DNA of 64,000 bases from Rhizophagus irregularis (taxonomy: Eukaryota): contig NC_089433.1 of NCBI RefSeq assembly GCF_026210795.1, positions 5,456,001 through 5,520,000 of the forward strand, given 5' to 3'. Shown here piece by piece: positions 60,588 through 64,000 of the stretch. Each line of letters opens with the position of its first letter. The first letter of the stretch is position 1. Made by a program: the position numbers and the translations under genes. Below the pieces are notes generated by a model. It saw nothing but the letters and a program-made list of their open reading frames with translations, was not told the origin of the DNA and searched no databases.

Positions 60588-61580
60588 ATGGTAAATGATT
60601 CTATTAAAACTTTAAATATAAGCTGGACTTTCTTTTTAACGAAATGTACTATTTTGTATATTATAGTCGATTATGGAATATAATGGTGGGGCGATAGTCG
60701 CAATGGCCGGAAAGAATTGTGTTGCTATTGGATCTGATAAACGCCTTGGTGTTCAATTGATGACTGTGTCAACTGAATTTCCAAAAGTATTTCCCGCAAC
60801 AGATAAAACTTTTATAGGACTTCCTGGTCTAGCTACTGATATTCGAACTTTGTAAATAATATTCACATTTCAGTTCATTACGTTTCAATTTCTTAGTAAT
60901 ATATTTATATAAAAACATATTTTTTTTTACTTTTAATAGATCAGAAAGATTTCGTTTTAAAATCAATATGTATAAATTAAGTGAAGAACGCGAAATTGAA
61001 CCACGTACATTAGCACATATGGTATCCTCAACATTGTACGAAAGAAGGTAGCCATCCAAAAATTCTTAATATTTTTAAATATCAAAGAGGTTAACTTTCT
61101 CTTATTTTAAAATAGGTTTGGTCCATATTTTGTCGAGCCAATAATTGCCGGACTTGACAAAAATAATCAACCATTTATTTGTGGAATGGACTTGATAGGG
61201 TGTATTAACTTTGCAAAAGATTTTGTAGTAGGTGGATCAACTACAGATAGTTTATTTGGAGTATGCGAATCTTTATGGGAACCTGATTTAGAACCTGAAG
61301 ATTTATTTGAAACTATTTCGCAATCTTTATTGAATGCTGTTGATAGGGATAGTTTGGCTGGTTGGGGTGCTGTTGTCCATGTAGTGTATGTATTTAAAAC
61401 AATAGAGTAATTTTGAAGTCATGAATACTAAAGTAATTTTTTATTCATAGAACTCCTGAGAGGGTAATCACTCGTACTCTCAAAACTCGTATGGTAAGTA
61501 GATCTCATATTAACATTATATATTTCTTTTATTATGTATTCTTAATTAATTTATTTTAATTTATTTTATTTTAGGATTAA
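60588..61580 (+). CDS. PUP3: 20S proteasome beta-3 subunit
   Basis: M|SIMEYNGGAIVAMAGKNCVAI, GLPGLATD, RFGPYFVEP, MDLIGC, AVDRDSLAGWG, C-terminal LKTRM|D*. Confidence 0.96.
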
Positions 61581-62428
61581 AAAATTTTCATTCTTTGAAT
61601 AAATAGAAAATGACATATTCCATTATGTATTTTCAAATTTTCGGGGCAATTGAAATATTAAATTCACGATATTAAAAACATATGTAAAGTTTATGATAAA
61701 TAAAAAGATCACAATGTTTTATCGCGTTTAAAAAAATCACACTCCGGTCAATTCCCGTTCCATTAGTAATATTTTTTAAAGTCATCCGATATATCAAGAA
61801 ATCTGATATATCAAGAACAAATTTAATATATTATATAACTCTGTTATACCAAGATTTTACTTATGTACATCGAATTTCATTCATGTGAGCGCTTCCGATT
61901 ATTAAGAGACTAGCCTAGGTATAGAAAATGATAAATAAAAATTTCGCGAGGTTTTGATCTTTTTATTTAGAATAGTTTTGAATTGTTTATATTTTTTAAT
62001 TTTTTTGCTACTTGAAATCAAATAATTATTACAAAAAAGTAAAATTTTATACTAAGATTGAATGAAGTTGTGGATGATCTTTATATAGAAATCAGTTATC
62101 ATTGTAACACAATCTTAGATCTACACTTGGGTCGGATATCTTTCATAATGTAAGTAAACTGGTTTAAAACTTATTGCTATAGTGATTACTAGTTTTGTTT
62201 TTTTTAGAACACTCATATGGATTATTATCAAGCAAAAAAATCTTTAAATAAAAGGGTAAATTTTGAACTTTAATAGTATAAAAATTATTAATGCAATTTA
62301 TTGATTTGTTCCTAGTAAATAATAAATAAAAGGGGTATTGTTTACATATATAATACATTGTATATATATAAAAGTTTATCCCGTATGTAATTTGTAAAAT
62401 TTAACTAGCTGTTAATACATAAATTACT

Positions 62429-63249
62429 TTAAACAATGACCTGTCTTTCTGATAATGCCGAAGCAATTATATCTGTGACTTCTTTTAGTTCATTTCCAAG
62501 ATCCAATAATACTCCTTAATATGATTATAGTCCGTTCGAAACAGAATTTAATTTAATTTTATTAAAATATTTTTTTTTTAAAAAAAAACAAAAAAGAATT
62601 TTATATACAAAACAATCTTCTCACCAGTATTAGACCCCGAATCAGCTACCAAAGTAGTTATCAAAGGCGTATGATTAAATTGTACAATTTGAAAAAGGCC
62701 AAATAAACTCACTATTGATTTATTCTTCTTCAAACCTAATTTTGATGCCTTAAAGATAATTAAGAAAAAGTAAATTAAATTTGCTTCTGACTTATTAAAG
62801 AATATGCTATAATAAATAAATCCTTACCTGATCACTTACTACAGAAAATGTTGTTGATAACGCTGGTTCAAGAACTCTCGGTGATACATCATTTGATACA
62901 GCTATTTAAATTTTAAAAAAAAGGTTATTTGTTATAGTTTTGTAAGAAAAAATAATAGAGGAAAGGAACAACAAGCACATTTTATTAATATAACGCCATC
63001 TCCGTCCGTGACGGTTACAGCTTTCAAACCGTCTATTCTATTGAAATAAGAGAATAATTTTGTTAAAAAAATTTTCAAATGGAAAAAATAAAGATAATAC
63101 GAGAAAAACTTGCCTAGTTAATAACTTATTAAAATAAGTTTGTAATTCCTTTAAGACAATATATATATTTATTTAAAAGCGTCAAGTATTATAAAAGAAA
63201 CCACAAATTACACGATATTCACAATAAAAATTGTAAATACCTCACCCAT
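62429..63249 (-). CDS. LAMTOR3: Ragulator subunit LAMTOR3 (MP1)-like roadblock protein
   Basis: Small exons assemble to IDGLKAVTVTDGDGVIL..LSTTFSVVSDQASKLGLKKNKSI..QIVQFN..ADSGSNTGVLL. Confidence 0.85.
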
Positions 63250-63565
63250 TCTTTCGTTTCTTCTTTGGAATTAAAACGTGTAAATTTTATTTAATGTATT
63301 GAATATCGTAATTGAGGATGGTGAAGAATAATTTTTATAATTTTTAAAATGCTATGAAAGAACGCCAACTTCGTAAAAAATTGATCAAATATTACATAAT
63401 GTACATAATGTTGAACGTCATTACCATAAATCGAAACTAAAAAATCGAACACGTTTTTATCTAATCTAATCATATTACACAATACAGTAAGTATAAAAAT
63501 CTGGATAAAAATCTGGATCTGAAAAAAAAATCCATCTCAAATTGAATTTTCCTTCTTTAATAATT

Positions 63566-64000
63566 ATGTCTTCTCCAAGTAAAATATTACAAATAAGAGT
63601 TCCTTGTTCCTCGTCAAATATAGGACCAGGTTTTGATGTACTTGGAGTTACATTGTCATTATATTTAACCTTAACCGTTAAAATTCTACCAAAACATTCG
63701 AATTTACCGAATTTTAATGAACATATAGTATTAGCTTATAGTGGAGAAGGTAGCTCACATGTGCCATTATCAATTAACCAAAATTTAATCACTAAAACAG
63801 CGTTATTCGTACTAGCTTCACATAATATAAATGGATTTCCTTCGCCAATGATCATAAATATTAATAATGAAATTCCATTTGGTAGAGGTTTAGGTAGTAG
63901 TGGAGCAGCTGTAGTTGCTGGTGTGATTTTAGGAGATATAGCAGGAGATCTCAAATTAACTAAAGATAGATTATTAGATCATTGTTTAATGATTGAAAGA
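63566..64000 (+). CDS. THR1: Homoserine kinase, truncated by the window end
   Basis: IRVPCSSSNIGPGFDVLG and the GHMP motif IPFGRGLGSSGAAVVAG. Confidence 0.92.
   Translation, partial: MSSPSKILQIRVPCSSSNIGPGFDVLGVTLSLYLTLTVKILPKHSNLPNFNEHIVLAYSGEGSSHVPLSINQNLITKTALFVLASHNINGFPSPMIININNEIPFGRGLGSSGAAVVAGVILGDIAGDLKLTKDRLLDHCLMIER

Overview
AT-rich, intron-dense eukaryotic DNA that looks like an arbuscular mycorrhizal fungus (Glomeromycotina, Rhizophagus-like; inferred from composition and gene families). Two housekeeping blocks (UGP1, NCL1, MEF1; then an Rsc7/Swp82-PHD protein, VID27, PRO3, EGD1, RAM1, BRN1, PAC4, a U1-type zinc finger gene, BUB1, PDRG1, PUP3, LAMTOR3, THR1) flank an accessory zone (~12.3-37.4 kb) of pseudogenes and transposons. 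The standout is 27210-37368, a TA-flanked, TIR-bounded non-autonomous DNA transposon with palindromic 147-bp internal repeats. One repeat unit holds three head-to-tail retroelements: a near-intact 7.8-kb LINE (APE-RT-RNase H-CCHC), a 5'-truncated copy and a full-length copy of a ~1-kb structured tRNA-headed non-coding element. All are bounded by the same 17-bp sequence GGAAAAGGATAAAACTA (4 copies) and end in GYCGTAA-N4-6-TTGCAMA with no poly(A). This suggests a site-specific LINE/structured-SINE partnership that re-uses one regenerated target. Exon boundaries were read by eye and no database searches were run.
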